Shown piece by piece: positions 49,538 to 62,324 of a stretch of DNA of 64,000 nt (the first letter of the stretch is position 1; every line of letters begins with the position of its first letter). Below the pieces are notes generated by a model. The model saw only the letters and a list, made by a program, of their open reading frames with translations, ran no database searches and was not told where the DNA came from. The DNA is from Macrostomum hystrix. Its lineage: Eukaryota; Animalia; Platyhelminthes. A program made the translations under genes and the position numbers. The stretch spans positions 2,604,001-2,668,000 of the forward strand of contig CATNEN010000007.1 of NCBI GenBank assembly GCA_950097015.1, in the 5' to 3' direction.

Positions 49538-52500
49538 ATGCACTTGTACAACCTAACTCTTCAGCGTGCTTCTATGATAACGCACGCGATTAATGGAAAC
49601 TTTTCTGGCACAAAAAACCAAGAAATCGTCCTTGCCAAAGGAAAGATTATCGAACTACTAAGACCTGATCCAAACACAGGGAAAGTCTTCGTAATTCTTC
49701 AAACAGAAGTGTTTGGAGTAATTCGATCACTGATGCCATTCAGACTCACTGGTGGAAGCAAAGGTAATGCTAACAATATTTTAGGTATTGGGTTTATGTT
49801 TATGAAAATCTGTGTATTTTAGTCATAAAAACGACTTAAGGTAATACAAAGTATTTTTATTTAAATGGTAGAGTTCCACTATAACCAAAATTTTCCTAAA
49901 TGTATCTTATCTTCAAAATTTTCCTTTAGCCTATCCGTATCTATATCAGTCTCAATATATCTTTAAAAATCTTGCAACTTTCTATAACCTCCATAGCATC
50001 TCTTAAATCGTGTGCTGTGTGTGTAAGTGTTATTGCTGTGAGCCACCTTCACACAGCAAATTATTTCCATAGAGTTGAGGTGCAAAGAAATTAAGAAATA
50101 AAATGTCCCCTTTGTCTTTTGTTATATGTAGAAAGTAGAAGCCAAAGGACCAATGGGGTCTGGAATTGCAAAGCCAGGGAGACTGCAGCCAATGAGAATT
50201 CAAGCCTTACCTAGGACTCATCAGGTTTAGGTGAAACCCCCAACTACCCCACAACATGTGTATGGCATTGAAATCTTATGAGCTTAAGTCCCCAATGCTT
50301 TTGTTATAAATCCTGTGACATCCTGTTATCTTTACACCCCACCAATAATCAACAGACTGGAGAAAACTCTACCCACAATTTGCACATTGAATTGAAATTT
50401 CTGAAGTTCTTGAGTCCCAAAATCCAAGGAATTAAGTCAAGGCAGTCTGAAGTGGCTTCACAAATTCTGGTAAATACTCTTTGTTATTAGCCCTCACCAG
50501 GCTAAGGACTGGGGCAGCTACATGACAACATGCACACATGGCAGTCTCAAATACCTCAGTTTTATACCAAAAGTTTTTATAGAGGTTTTGTATGAGCTGC
50601 ATAGAATTTTTTGATTTGAGTTTTCTTTCTACCATTTCTTGTTGTCTCTATATTGACTATGTGCTGTTTTTGTTTTACTTACTTGGGTGCAAACTATATT
50701 TGAGAACTTTACATATCTAAACTAGATATTGGAAACAAAAGTTCCCATAACAAAATCTATATCTAACTTTGTCTAAAAAGCTCTATCCATAGCTTCCTGT
50801 AACTATATTAGCTATAGCAGAACTCTTTAGAAATTATAAAGATCTATTCATATATTCACAAATATAATATTGATTTATATTATAATGCTATTTTTATTAG
50901 TATACTAGCTTTTTTTGCCCGTTGTTTTTGGGGCAGAAATTTAAAGCAAAGCAGTAAGCAATTCACGTCTCTGTAATAACTTTATAGTGAAGGTCACCAT
51001 TTATTTATTTACTGCATTAATGAAAAGTGAAGAGTTTGTTTAAGGGCGTTTTAAGTAAAAAATAAGTGAAAAGTTTGTCCAAACAGCCCCCTCTTGATTA
51101 CTTCTTTAGAAACATGTCTCTTAGCCACTCCTCTATACAGTCAGTGGCAGATCCAGGAATTTTGTTTTGGGGCGGTCTGTCAGGGGAGCGCCATGAGAAT
51201 CACAGAGGGGGTGCCAGCGGCCGAAAAAGGGCGCCAGGAGCCAAGAAAGGGCGCCAGCGGCTGAAAAACGGGAGCCAGCGGCTGAAAAAGGGGAGCCAGC
51301 GGCTGAAAAAGGGGCGCCAGCGGCCGAAAAAGGGCGCCAGGAGCCAAGAAAGGGCGCCAGCGGCTGAAAAACGGGAGCCAGCGGCTGAAAAAGGGGCGCC
51401 AGCGACCGAAAAGGGGCGCCAGCGACCGAAAATTTCTGGTGGGGGCATCTTATTCCCATGATTAAAATTTAGGGGGGCGACTGCCCCCCGCCCCCCCCCT
51501 AAATCTGCCTCTATACAGTATGCATGTACACGCGTATACATAAAGAAAATAGCCATGGCATAACAATAACAATGTCAAAGAAACAAAATTAAACTGCTTC
51601 AGAGTTCAGAGTTAGACAGGTCAAGGTCAATTCGTGACTACTTTTCTATTAATTGCTTGCGAGTCACCTCAAGGCCTGGGGATACACCACATTCTTCGTT
51701 CTTCCCCTTGGTGCGAAAATGAATAGGCCAGCTGGAGTTCCAACACGGGAGCAGGCGACATAAAGCTGCCCATGCGAGAAGCAAGGAGTCTCCAGGTTGA
51801 TGCCAGCCACCTTCAGCGACTGTCCCTGAGCCTTGTTAATAGTCATCGCAAAGCACACTCTCACAGGGAACTGCAGTCGCTTGAACTGAAATGGCAGGTC
51901 CGTGGGGATAATTGGAATCCGGGGAACGAACACAGACTCTCCTCTGCCAGATCCAGTCATTATCGTGGCCTCAATCACGTGTGGGAAGAGCCGCCTGACT
52001 ATCAGTCTGGTGCCGTTACACAGCCTTGGCGCATTCAGGTTGCGGAGGAGCATAATTGGTGCCCCAACTTTCAGCTGCAAGTTGTGCGATGGAGTTCCAG
52101 GAGGATCTAGAGAGTTCAGAAACTCAACAGGATACTCCACAGCGGTGTCATCAGTCAACGTTGTATCAATTGACTTGTAGGTGAAAACTGCACCTGGCAA
52201 CTCCTGAAGCAGTTGGTAGTTAATTTCGTTGGCGGCATCATTTCTAGGACACAGAATTGCCCTCTCTGACAGCCAGTCAACGCCAGCCTCTCTCTTTCTT
52301 CTATCCCAGGCTGGCTGGAGAGAAATATCGACCGGAGAGCCCTGCGCACTGGGACGCCACCGCACTCACCGCACTCAGTCTCAGTGCTGCTTGGGGGCCA
52401 GTAGACAGTCTAGGGGTTTGGGCTGTGTACATTCACGGCTTGAAATACAATGTACAGTCTGGGGCTTCGGCGCCCGGGGAAGGGAGGGGGTGGCTGTAAT

Positions 52501-55500
52501 AAAATTTGGCCCGCAGAGTGGCGGAGGGGAGTTGGGGTGGCTGTCCTCGGAAAACAAAAAGTGACTCACTTTGAGATGATGCAGCTTTGCTCTGGATTGA
52601 GTAGAGATGTTCAAAATTGACAGCATTGTTGGAAAACATGTAAAGTGTAAGTGGATCAAATTTGGAGAAAATCTAACAAAGTGGGGCGACGATATGTCGA
52701 ATTGAGTGATTTTTTGACGATTTTTGAGCAGTTTTTTGCACTTTTGAGCAGGAAGGAAATGATTTTTCGGGAATTTGAGTAGCCTATTGCACTCAGCGTA
52801 GGTGGTTTTAGGTATGTGCAAAGTTTGGTGCGATTTGGTTGAGCGGTTTCGGCGTCTATAAAGACAAAAGGTTGCACACACACACACACAGACAGAGTTT
52901 TCACACGCACGCACTCAGTCTCAGTGCTGCTTGGGGGCCAGTAGACAGTCAAGGCCTAGGGGTTTGGGCTGTGTACATTCACGGCTTGAAATACAATGTA
53001 CAGTCTGGGGTTCCGGCGCCCGGGGAAGGGAGGGGGTGGCTGTAATAAAATTTGGCCCGCAGAGTGGCGGAGGGGAGTTGGGGTGGCTGTCCTCGGAAAA
53101 CAAAAAGTGACTCACTTTGAGATGATGCAGCTTTGCTCTGGATTGAGTAGAGATGTTCAAAATTGACAGCATTGTTGGAAAACATGTAAAGTGTAAGTGG
53201 ATCAAATTTGGAGAAAATCTGACAAAGTGGGGCGACGATATGTCGAATTGAGTGATTTTTTGACGATTTTTGAGCAGTTTTTTGCACTTTTGAGCAGGAA
53301 GGAAATGATTTTTCGGGAATTTGAGTAGCCTATTGCACTCAGCGTAGGTGGTTTTAGGTATGTGCAAAGTTTGGTGCGATTTGGTTTAGCGGTTTCGGCG
53401 TCTATAAAGACAAAAGGTTGCACACACACACACACACACAGACAGACAGAGTTTTCACTTTTATATATATAGATTGTAACTTATAAAAATTATTGTTAAA
53501 ATATGTTTGTTAAGAACTTTTAAAACAAAGTTTTTTAAAATTTTAATTGAACAGACAGTTAAAGATTGAGACAATTTGTAGTTTAGTTTAGTTTTGTAAA
53601 AAGTTCATTATGATTAGCTATGTAAGGGTTATAGTTTTATCAATTATATATATTTAATTATTTCTATTTTTACACATCCTAAGACAATTGGGTCAATTAC
53701 ATTTTCTTTTATTGTTTTATTAGTATGCCAATTTTAATTTAACCTTTTACTCTTTGATTTATTTATAAAGCATTTTTTAGACTAACAAAATATGAATAAA
53801 GAAAGAAATTATATTTAGTTGGCAAAAGTGCTCGACAGAATAATAAGTGAAAAAACACTATTTGGAAGTTGAAAACAATGAATGCTATAAATATTTTTGT
53901 AGCATATAAACTTAATCTTTAGCATCAGGACAGTTGCTATCATTATTAATCTTTAATCTCATTCTTTCCCTCCCTCTACACTCTCAGACTTCATTGTGAT
54001 TGGGTCAGACTCTGGCCGCATAGTCATTCTGGAGTACAATCCATCACGCAATCAGTTCGAAAAGCTTCACCAGGAGACATTTGGTAAGAGTGGCTGCAGG
54101 CGCATTATCCCCGGCCAGTACCTGGCCGTCGATCCTAAAGGTCGAGCTGTAATGATTGGCGCCATCGAGAAGCAGAAGCTGGTGTACATTCTCAACAGGG
54201 ACTCTCAGGCCAGGTTAACAATCTCCAGTCCTTTGGAGGCTTTTAAGTCAAACACCTTGGTCTACCACATGATTGGTAAGCTATCATTACATAACACTCT
54301 GCTCAGATGATCTAGTCTCATAATATTTCACCCAGATGATCTAGTCTCAGCTTGCCTTACACCCACCCAGATGATCTAGTCTCAGCTTGCCTTACACCCA
54401 CCCAGATGATCTAGTCTCAGCTTAAACCCACCCAGATGATCTAGTCTCAGCTTAAACCCACCCAGATGATCTAGTCTCAGCTTACACCCACCCAGATCAT
54501 CTAGTCTCAGCTTACACCCACCCAGATGATCTAGTCTCAGCTTGCCTTACACACACCCAGATGATCTAGTCTCAGCTTGCCTTACACCCACCCAGATCAT
54601 CTAGTCTCAGCTTACACCCACCCAGATCATCTAGTCTCAGCTTACACCCACCCAGATCATCTAGTCTCAGCTTACACCCACCCAGATGATCTAGTCTCAG
54701 ATTACACCCACCCAGATGATCTAGTCTCAGCTTAAACCCACCCAGATGATCTAGTCTCAGCTTACACCCACCCAGATCATCTAGTCTCAGCTTACACCCA
54801 CCCAGATCATCTAGTCTCAGCTTACACCCACCCAGATGATCTAGTCTCAGCTTACACCCACCAGATCATCTAGTCTCAGCTTACACCCACCCAGATGATC
54901 TAGTCTCAGCTTACACCCACCCTGACACACTTGGCACGCAGGCATGGACGTGGGCTACGAGAATCCAATGTTCGCCTGCATCGAAATGGACTTTGAAGAG
55001 GCCGACTCGGACACCAGCGGCGAGGCGGCCCAGAAGGCCCTGCAGCACCTAACCTATTACGAGCTGGACCTGGGCCTGAATCACGTGGTGAGGAAGTACT
55101 CGGAGCCTCTAGAGGAGCACGCCAACTTTCTCATCTGCGTGCCTGGCGGTCAGGAGGGCCCGAGCGGTCTGTTGGTCTGCTCGGAAAACTATATAACCTA
55201 CAAGCACTCGGGTGACCAGCCCGACATTCGAATTCCGTTGCCAAGGCGACGCAACGATTTGGACGATCCGGATCGATCTGTTATGCTCGTGTGCGCCGCC
55301 TCGCACAAGACCAAGACAATGTTCTTCTTCCTGGTGCAGACTGAACAGGTATGGCCTTCCCTTTGCCTCACTTACTCATCCTAGTCCTGATCCTACCATT
55401 GTCCTCTAATCCTACCATTGTCCTCTAATCCTACCACTGCCCTCTACTCCTACCATTGTCCTCTAATCGTACCATTGTCCTCTAGTCCTACCATTGTCCT

Positions 55501-58500
55501 CTAATCCTACCACTGCCCTCTAATCCTACCCTGTACTCTAATCCTACCACTGGCCTTTAATCCTACCTCTGTCCTCTTATCCTACCTCTGACCTTTAATC
55601 CTACCTCTGTCCTCTTATCCTACCTCTGACCTTTAATCCTACCTCTGACCCTTAATCCTACCTCTGTCCTCTAATCCTACATCTGTCCTCTAATCCTACA
55701 TCTGTCCTCTAATCCTACATCTGTCCTCTAATCCTACATCTGTCCTCTAATCCTACCACTGGCCTCTAATCCTACCTCTGTCCTCTTATCCTACCTCTGT
55801 CCTCTAATCCTACCACTGGCCGCTAATCCTACCTCTGTCCTCTAATCCTACCACTGGCCTCTAATCTTACCCCGATCTAATATTCCTTCCATTGTACTAG
55901 AATCCTGCCTCTTCTGAAAAGCTTCAGTCCAGTGTATCCTTCACTGAATCCTTTCAGGGAGACGTGTTCAAACTGACCCTAGAAACCGACGAAGACCTCG
56001 TTACTGAGATCCGGCTGAAATACTTCGACACCGTGCCAGTGGCTGCCAGCATGTGCGTGCTGCGCACCGGCTTCCTATTCGTAGCCTCCGAATTCGGCAA
56101 TCACTACCTGTACCAGATTGCTCATCTGGGCGACGACGATGAACCGACGTTCTCTTCGGCCATTCCGCTGGATCAGGGCGACACGTTCTACTTTGCGCCT
56201 AGGCCGCTGCGCAACCTGGTCATGGTGGACGAGCTGGACAGCCTCTGTCCCGTGATTGACTGCCAGGTAACACTGCTGATTTCAGGTGCTATGTACATTG
56301 GCAAATGGTGTGTGTGTGTGTACATTTTGGTGTGGGTGTCTGTGTGTAAATTGGGGTTAGGGTTGGGTGTGTGTACATTGACGTTAGGTGTGGGTGTGTG
56401 TACATTGGGGTTAGGGGTGGGTGTGTGTACATTGACGTTAGGTGTGGGTGTGTGTACATTGGGGTTAGGGGTGGGTGTGTGTACATTGGGGTTAGGGGTG
56501 GGTGTGTGTACATTATATGCACATTGCTTTCATTTGGGTTAAAGACGTGTGTGCGTGCGTGGGTGTTTGTTTGTGTATTGGTGCATTGCGAATAATGCAT
56601 ATATTGAGGGCTCGAATAGGTTTGGGATTTTTCGCACATTTCATTGTGTCGTTTGGACTGTTTCTAACACAGTGTTTATATTATTTTTGGGATATTAGTA
56701 TTACAAATAAATTAATATATAAAGATAATCTGGGAGTCGTGTGTGCATTGCTAATAACTTGATCGCTTGCCCCCTGCCGCAGGTGGCGGATCTGGCCCGC
56801 GAGGACTCCGCCCAGCTGTTCACCCTGTGCGGCCGGGGTCCGAGATCTTCAATGCGCGTCCTCCGCCACGGCCTGGAGATCAGCGAGATGGCCGTCTCCG
56901 ACCTGCCCGGCAGTCCCAACGCCGTCTGGACCGTCAAGCGCTTCAGCGATGACGAATTCGACTCCTATATTGTGGTGTCCTTTGTCAACGCCACCCTGGT
57001 GCTGAGCATCGGTGAGACTGTGGAGGAGGTCACTGACTCCGGCTTCCTTGGCACCACGCCTACGCTGCAGTGCGGGCAGCTGGGCACTGACGCCCTGGTG
57101 CAGGTGAGCGCTGCCAACACGGCCTATCATTGTCCAACACTAATATTTTTTCCCAATACTGAGGATCTTTATCCCAATACTGAGGATCTTTATCCCAATA
57201 CTGAGGATCTTTATCCCAATACCGAGGATCTTTATCCCGATACTGCTGATCATTTTTCAAATACTGAGGGTCTTTATCCCAATACTGTGATCTTTTTTCT
57301 GAACATCGAGGATTATTATCCGGTTTTTTTTTCATTTTTCATTTTTCATTTTTCATCATTTTTCAAGCAATACCCCATTTTTCAATTGTTCATTATCCCG
57401 TGGATCTCGTCATCTCGCTTCGTTTTCCAGGTCTACCCAGACGGCATTCGTCACATCCGCGCAGACAAGCGCATCAACGAGTGGCGCGCGCCCGGCAAGC
57501 GAGTCATCGCCCGCTGCGCCGTCAACCAGCGCCAGGTGGCCATCGCCCTGGCCGGCGGCGAGCTGGTCTACTTCGAGATGGACGCTGCCGGGCAGCTGAA
57601 TGAGTACACTGAGCGCAAGGACATGTCGGCCGATGTTGTCTGCATGGCCCTGGGCCGGGTGCCGCCTGGCGAGCAGCGCTGCCGATTCCTAGCCGTCGGT
57701 CTGTCCGACAACACCGTGAGAATTGTTAGCCTGGACCCGGCCGACTGCCTGGCGCCGCTCAGCCTGCAGGCCCTGCCCGCGCCGCCCGAGTCGCTTTGCC
57801 TGGCCCAGCTCGGCTCCACCCTGTCTGGTGTGTCTCCGCTTGCAGTTTGTATATAAATTACTACTAAACGATTTCATCTCAGCCGGGGCGGCGGTAGCGT
57901 AGCGGTAGAGCGTCTGGCTTGCACGCAATAAGTCCCGGGTTCGAATCCTTGGCGGAGATACTAGAAAGTTCTAAATATTATTGGTCCTAGACTCGACTCT
58001 GTAGCTGCTTCAAATAAACTTGGTCTGTTGTAACTTCCTGTAAGTAGTATAGTAAGTGAATTCACTCCTATATTTACGCTGATCTTTCAGGTGCCGCCCC
58101 GGACGCGCCCGGCGGGGCAAGCGGTGGCGGAGGCGTCGGCTGGAGCGCCGGCACGCACTACCTGAACATTGGGCTACAGAATGGCGTCCTGCTGCGCGCC
58201 CTCATTGATCCGGTCACGGGCGACCTGTCGGACACTCGCACCCGCTACCTGGGTAGCCGGCCCGTGAAACTTTTCCGCGTCTTCGTCCAGGGCTCCGAGG
58301 CTGTGCTGGCCATTTCTTCTCGGTCCTGGCTGTACTACACCTACCAGAGCCGGTTCCACCTGACACCGCTGTCCTATGGTAGTCTGGAGTTCGCTTCCGG
58401 CTTCTCATCCGAGCAGTGCCTGGAGGGCATTGTGGCTATCAGTGCGAGCACACTGCGCATTCTCAGCTTGGAAAAGCTGGGCACTGTGTTCAACCAGGTG

Positions 58501-61500
58501 AGGCATCTGGGATCAGCTTCTTTGTTAGGAAACTTGTGAAATTTTCAAGAGCTTCAAATGTCGGTTGGTTTATGTTAAATGGTTAATCGTTTCAAGATTC
58601 ACGTCTGGGGAGTAATTTCGGTCTACCAGTCCACAGACTGAACTTTTTGTAGTATATAGCTGTGCAACTGTCTGTACATCTGGCCCAAATCTATCTATGT
58701 CTGTGTTAGCCTGCATTAGTAATAAGTAAACATCTCAACCTCTGAAATCTCCCTGCCACAGGTGACATTCCCGCTGCAGTACACACCGCGCCGCCTACTG
58801 TTGCACGAGAGCGGCCAGGCTGTGCTCATCGAGACTGAGCACAACGCCTTCACCGAGGACAGCAAGCAGCAGAAGAAGCGCCAGATTGCTCAGGAGATGC
58901 TCGAGCAAGCCGGGGGTGCCACCGGCGCCAGCGGCGGCCGCTCCGGCGACGCCCAGCTGGTACGCGAGATGGCGGCCGCCTTCCTCAGCGAGAACCTGCC
59001 CGAGCCAGTGTTCGGTGCGCCGAAGCCTGGCGCCGGCATGTGGGCCTCGGTCATCAGGGTCATGCGGCCCCTCACCGGCCAGACTGCCCAGATCATCCGG
59101 CTGCAGCAGAACGAAGCCGCTCTGAGTATCTGCCTATGCAGGTTCACCTGCAATCCGGTTGAGTCCTACCTGGTAGTTGGCATCGTCAAGGACATGACCC
59201 TGGCGCCCAGGTCAGTAGGCGGAGCTGTTCTGCGCACCTATCGCGTTGTGGGCGCGCTCGAGCGGCTGGACTTCCTGCACGAGACGCCTGTGGAGGATGC
59301 GCCACAGGCCATGTGCCCGTTTCAGGTTGGCTTGCTGATTTAGTTTGATTTAGTGATTGATTGATTCAGCTCACTTGGCAGAAAATTAGGTATTGGCATA
59401 ATAAATAAGTAATAATTGCAGGAATGCGGGCAATCATTTGATGACACTAGACCCGCAGCCAGCGAGGAGGCAATTCTGCCCATTTCGCTGACTCCTGTGC
59501 ACACAAGCACACAGATACTGTACGCAGGCACACGCGCACACAGGTGTGAACATCTGCCCTGACTTTCTCATCGTCAGGCAGTGTACAATTTCACTGTGCA
59601 TTGGAGGTTGGCCCTCAAGTGCGTAGATTGCACAAGCCCCCAGGCCTTCTCCAAGAGGCCGCGCCCCAAATTAATGTGGCCTCGCTGCGGAATCGAGCTC
59701 AGGGACCTTGATGCGGGATGCAAACGCGTTAACCACTCCGCCACTGACCCCCTCGGCATTATCGTATCGGTGTTTTGTTTGTTAGGCATTTTTAATCTAC
59801 CATTCCGCTCGCAATAGCTGAAGTTTTCTGAACAACGTTAAATAAACGTCTTATCTTTTACTGAGAATTCTAGGTAATGTTAGCTTTTATATTCGTCTCG
59901 TACTACTTGCCAGTAGACAGTTAAATAGAGCTCAGTGGTTAGAGCTTCGGACTGCTGTCCGAGAGGTCGCGGGTTCGAGTCTCACCCCATAGGGAACTAA
60001 ACAGTGCCCTTGATTACCTAGTGCCCAAGTTTACTCAGCTGTAGAACGAGCACATGATATGGTAGAAATTCGTGTGACATTTGAGAAACCCCATCTAAAT
60101 CCTAAAATGCTGCTTTCTATTTATGCAGGGTCGCGTTCTTGTCTCGGTGGGGCGAGTGCTGCGAATCTACGATTTGGGCAAGCAGAAGATGCTGCGAAAG
60201 TGCGAGACAAAATCTCTGCCCAACTACATTGTGTCAGTGGCCGCCTTCGGCGATCGTGTTGTGGCTGCTGATGTGCAGGTCAGTTCTATTCTATTTATCT
60301 ATAACTATTTATAGTCTATATTACCGATATGTGTAAAAAATTATATTGTAGACTGAACACCGCCTTAATTATGTTTTTGTGCTTGTGAAACTGTGAATGA
60401 AAATATCCACAATACGGTAATTCTTACTCGCGAAAGGTTTATAGTAAATTAACCTTAAATGGATCGATCATAATGCTGTCCGATATGTATCGAAAATACC
60501 AAACAGCTTTTTTGTTTTACTAAGTTAAAAAAAACATAAAATCAAAGCCTTACCGCGGATGATCGCAGGAGTCCGTCTTCTGGATGCGCTACCGAGCAAC
60601 GGACAACCAGCTGCTGGTGTTCGCTGACGACTCCCTGCCCCGCTGGGTGACCTGCTTGGCCATGCTGGATCAGTACACGGTGGCCGTGGGTGACAAGTTC
60701 GGCAACCTGACAGTGCTTCGCCTTCCGTCAGACGCTGTCGAGGACGACGCCGACGATATCGGCGATCTGGGCTCGGCGCGCGGCTCGCTGTGGGACCGAG
60801 GCGGTCTGCTGGCTGGGGCGGGTCAGAAGTGCGTGGCCGAGTGCACAATCCACATTGGCGAGGCGCTGAGCAGCCTGCGCAAGACCAGCCTGGTGCCCGG
60901 TGGCAACGACTGCCTGCTGTACACCACGCTGAGCGGATCGGTGCGAACCCTGTAGCTTTTATTGGGCTTCTAGGGGCTTAGGTTCTATGTAGGAGCGTCA
61001 GTCTATCGGTTGCTATGGAGATAGCTCTATTGGATTGCAATGAAGGTTGTTGTATCGGTTTCTTTCGTAGTAGTTTTATGGGTTGCTTTAGCGTTATTCC
61101 ATCGGTTGCTAGGTTGTTGTTCCATCGGTTGCTAGTGTGGTAGTTACATTGGTTGCTAGGTTGTTGTTCGATCGGTTGCTTGGGTGATAGTTCCGTCGGT
61201 TGCTAGGGTGATAGTTCCATCGGTTGCTAAAGTGGTAGTTCCATCGGTTGGTAGGGTGTTAGTTCCATGGGTTGTTTAGGTGGTAGTTCCATCGGTTGCT
61301 AAAGTGGTAGTTCCATCGGTTGGTAGGGTGTTAGTTCCATGGGTTGTTTAGGTGGTAGTTCCATCGGTTGCTATGGTAATAGTTCCATTCGTTGCTTGGG
61401 TGGTAGTTTCGTCAGTTGCTAAGGTGGTAGTTCCGTAGATTGCTAGGGTGATAGTTCTATGGGTTGCTAGGGTGATAGTTGCATCGGTTGCTAAGGTGAT

Positions 61501-62159
61501 AGTTCAATTGGTTGCTAGGTTGTTATTTGCGTCGGTTGCTACGGTGATAGTCCCATCGGTAGCTATGATGATACTTCCATTCGTTGCTAGGGTGATATTT
61601 GCATTGGTTGCTAAGTTTTTAGTTCCGTCGGTTGCTAGGGTGGTAGTTTCATCAGTTGCTATGGTGATAGTTCCATCGGTTGCTAAGGTGGTAGTTCCAT
61701 CGGTTGCTAAGGTGGTAGTTTCATCAGTTGCTATGGTGATAGTTCCATCGGTTGCTAGGGTGATAGTCCCATCGGTTGCTATGGTGATACTTCCATTCGT
61801 TGCTAGTGTGGTAGTTTCATCAGTTGCTATGGTGGTTCCGTTCCGTATGTTGCTAGGGTGAATCCCATTTCGATTCGCAGGTGGGCATCGCGCTGCCCTT
61901 GGCCAGCAAGGAGGAGCATGACCTGTTCCAGCACCTGGAGCTGCACCTGCGCTCTCAACACCTGTCCCTGCTTGGTCGCGACCATCTTCAGTATCGGTCA
62001 ATCTATTTTCCCAACCGTCGGGTGATAGACGGCGACCTGTGCGAGATGTTCAACAACCTGGACCCGGCCAAGCAGAAGGAGATCGCCCAGGAGCTGGACA
62101 GAACACCCAGCGAGCTGTCGAAAAAGTTGGAGGACATCCGGACTCGATTTGCCTTCTGA
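49538..62159 (+). CDS. SF3B3: Splicing factor 3B subunit 3 (SAP130), ~1239 aa; exons 49538..49763, 53988..54275, 54942..55348, 55958..56266, 56783..57103, 57431..57827, 58091..58497, 58762..59325, 60129..60278, 60569..60940, 61881..62159
   Basis: High identity from [23 protein letters not shown] through [32 protein letters not shown] and [17 protein letters not shown] to [13 protein letters not shown]. All introns are GT-AG and phase-consistent; total 3720 nt. Confidence 0.97.
51142..51511. mobile_element. MITE nested in the Helitron
   Basis: Imperfect TIRs CAGTGGCAGATCCAGG / CCTAAATCTGCCTC; flanking direct repeat tatacagt (51134-51141 and 51512-51519); internal ~21 bp GC-rich repeats. Confidence 0.7.
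51664..52290 (-). pseudogene. Helitron RepHel PIF1-like helicase, C-terminal fragment
   Basis: [86 protein letters not shown]; the N-terminal Rep domain and motifs I-II are absent. Confidence 0.92.
52371..53458. repeat. ~540 bp tandem duplication of the Helitron 5' region
   Basis: gcactcagtc at 52371 and 52911; copies are nearly identical apart from a short aaggcc insertion and the CA-run length. Confidence 0.92.
54305..54925. repeat. ~30 bp minisatellite (ctagtctcagcttacacccacccagatgat) filling SF3B3 intron 2
   Basis: Tandem copies reach within ~30 bp of both splice sites. Confidence 0.92.
55385..55870. repeat. ~19-20 bp minisatellite (tcctctaatcctacctctg) in SF3B3 intron 3
   Basis: Tandem degenerate copies. 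Confidence 0.88.
56300..56520. repeat. 27 bp GT-rich minisatellite in SF3B3 intron 4
   Basis: Period 27 measured 56401 to 56428 (tacattggggttaggggtgggtgtgtg). Confidence 0.85.
57150..57290. repeat. 21 bp short minisatellite (aatactgaggatctttatccc) in SF3B3 intron 5
   Basis: About 6 copies, translating as NTEDLYP. Confidence 0.8.
57886..57958 (+). pseudogene. tRNA-Ala(TGC)-like pseudo-tRNA or SINE head in SF3B3 intron 6
   Basis: A box tagcgtagcggtagagcg, ttgca anticodon-like loop and B box ggttcgaatcc are present, but the acceptor and anticodon stems do not pair. Confidence 0.55.
59425..59752 (-). mobile_element. tRNA-derived SINE family A, near full length, in SF3B3 intron 8
   Basis: Minus strand head gagggggtcagtggcggagtggtt ... 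gagctcgattccgcagcgaggccacatt; same body as 39335. Confidence 0.82.
59925..60055 (+). mobile_element. tRNA-derived SINE (family B-like head)
   Basis: agctcagtggttagagc (A box), gggttcgagtctc (B box), then cagtgccctt..tactcagctgta. Confidence 0.65.
61085..61860. repeat. 24 bp minisatellite (ccatcggttgctagggtggtagtt) filling SF3B3 intron 10
   Basis: Degenerate tandem copies; explain ORFs 61448..61861 and 61504..62001. Confidence 0.9.
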
Positions 62160-62324
62160 GCACGGCTAGCTCCCACCGAGCCCCCACCGGTGCAGCACCT
62201 GACCTGACTCAGTTGCTTCGCTTTTGTAATCAATTTTTGTAGTCCGGACTCGCTCACGTTTCTGTTGTTGTTGCTCCTTTATTTGCTTCAACTGTCCGTT
62301 TTTAATTCACTCTCCAAGTGTAGA

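Larger units (their letters stand above)
50905..53473 (-). mobile_element. Non-autonomous Helitron (2569 bp) in SF3B3 intron 1
   Basis: Minus strand: 5' A|TCTATATATATAAAAGTG at 53473; 3' hairpin tgccc-caaaaacaac-gggca followed by CTAG|T at 50905; inserted between A and T with no TSD; carries a helicase fragment. Confidence 0.92.

Noticed and set aside
56340-56500. Telomere-like TTAGGG motifs
   Set aside because: Isolated hexamers within a 27 bp unit, not a tandem telomeric tract.
57886-57958. Functional tRNA-Ala gene
   Set aside because: A and B boxes are present but the acceptor and anticodon stems do not base-pair; kept only as a pseudo-tRNA or SINE head.
60540-60568. U12-type branch-like ccttac before a pyrimidine-poor acceptor in SF3B3 intron 9
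   Set aside because: The donor is GTCAGT, not the U12 consensus GTATCCTT.
58498-60568. Intronic C/D snoRNAs, as hosted by vertebrate SF3B3
   Set aside because: No convincing C box/D box pair with terminal stem seen by eye in introns 7 and 9; a covariance-model search would be needed.
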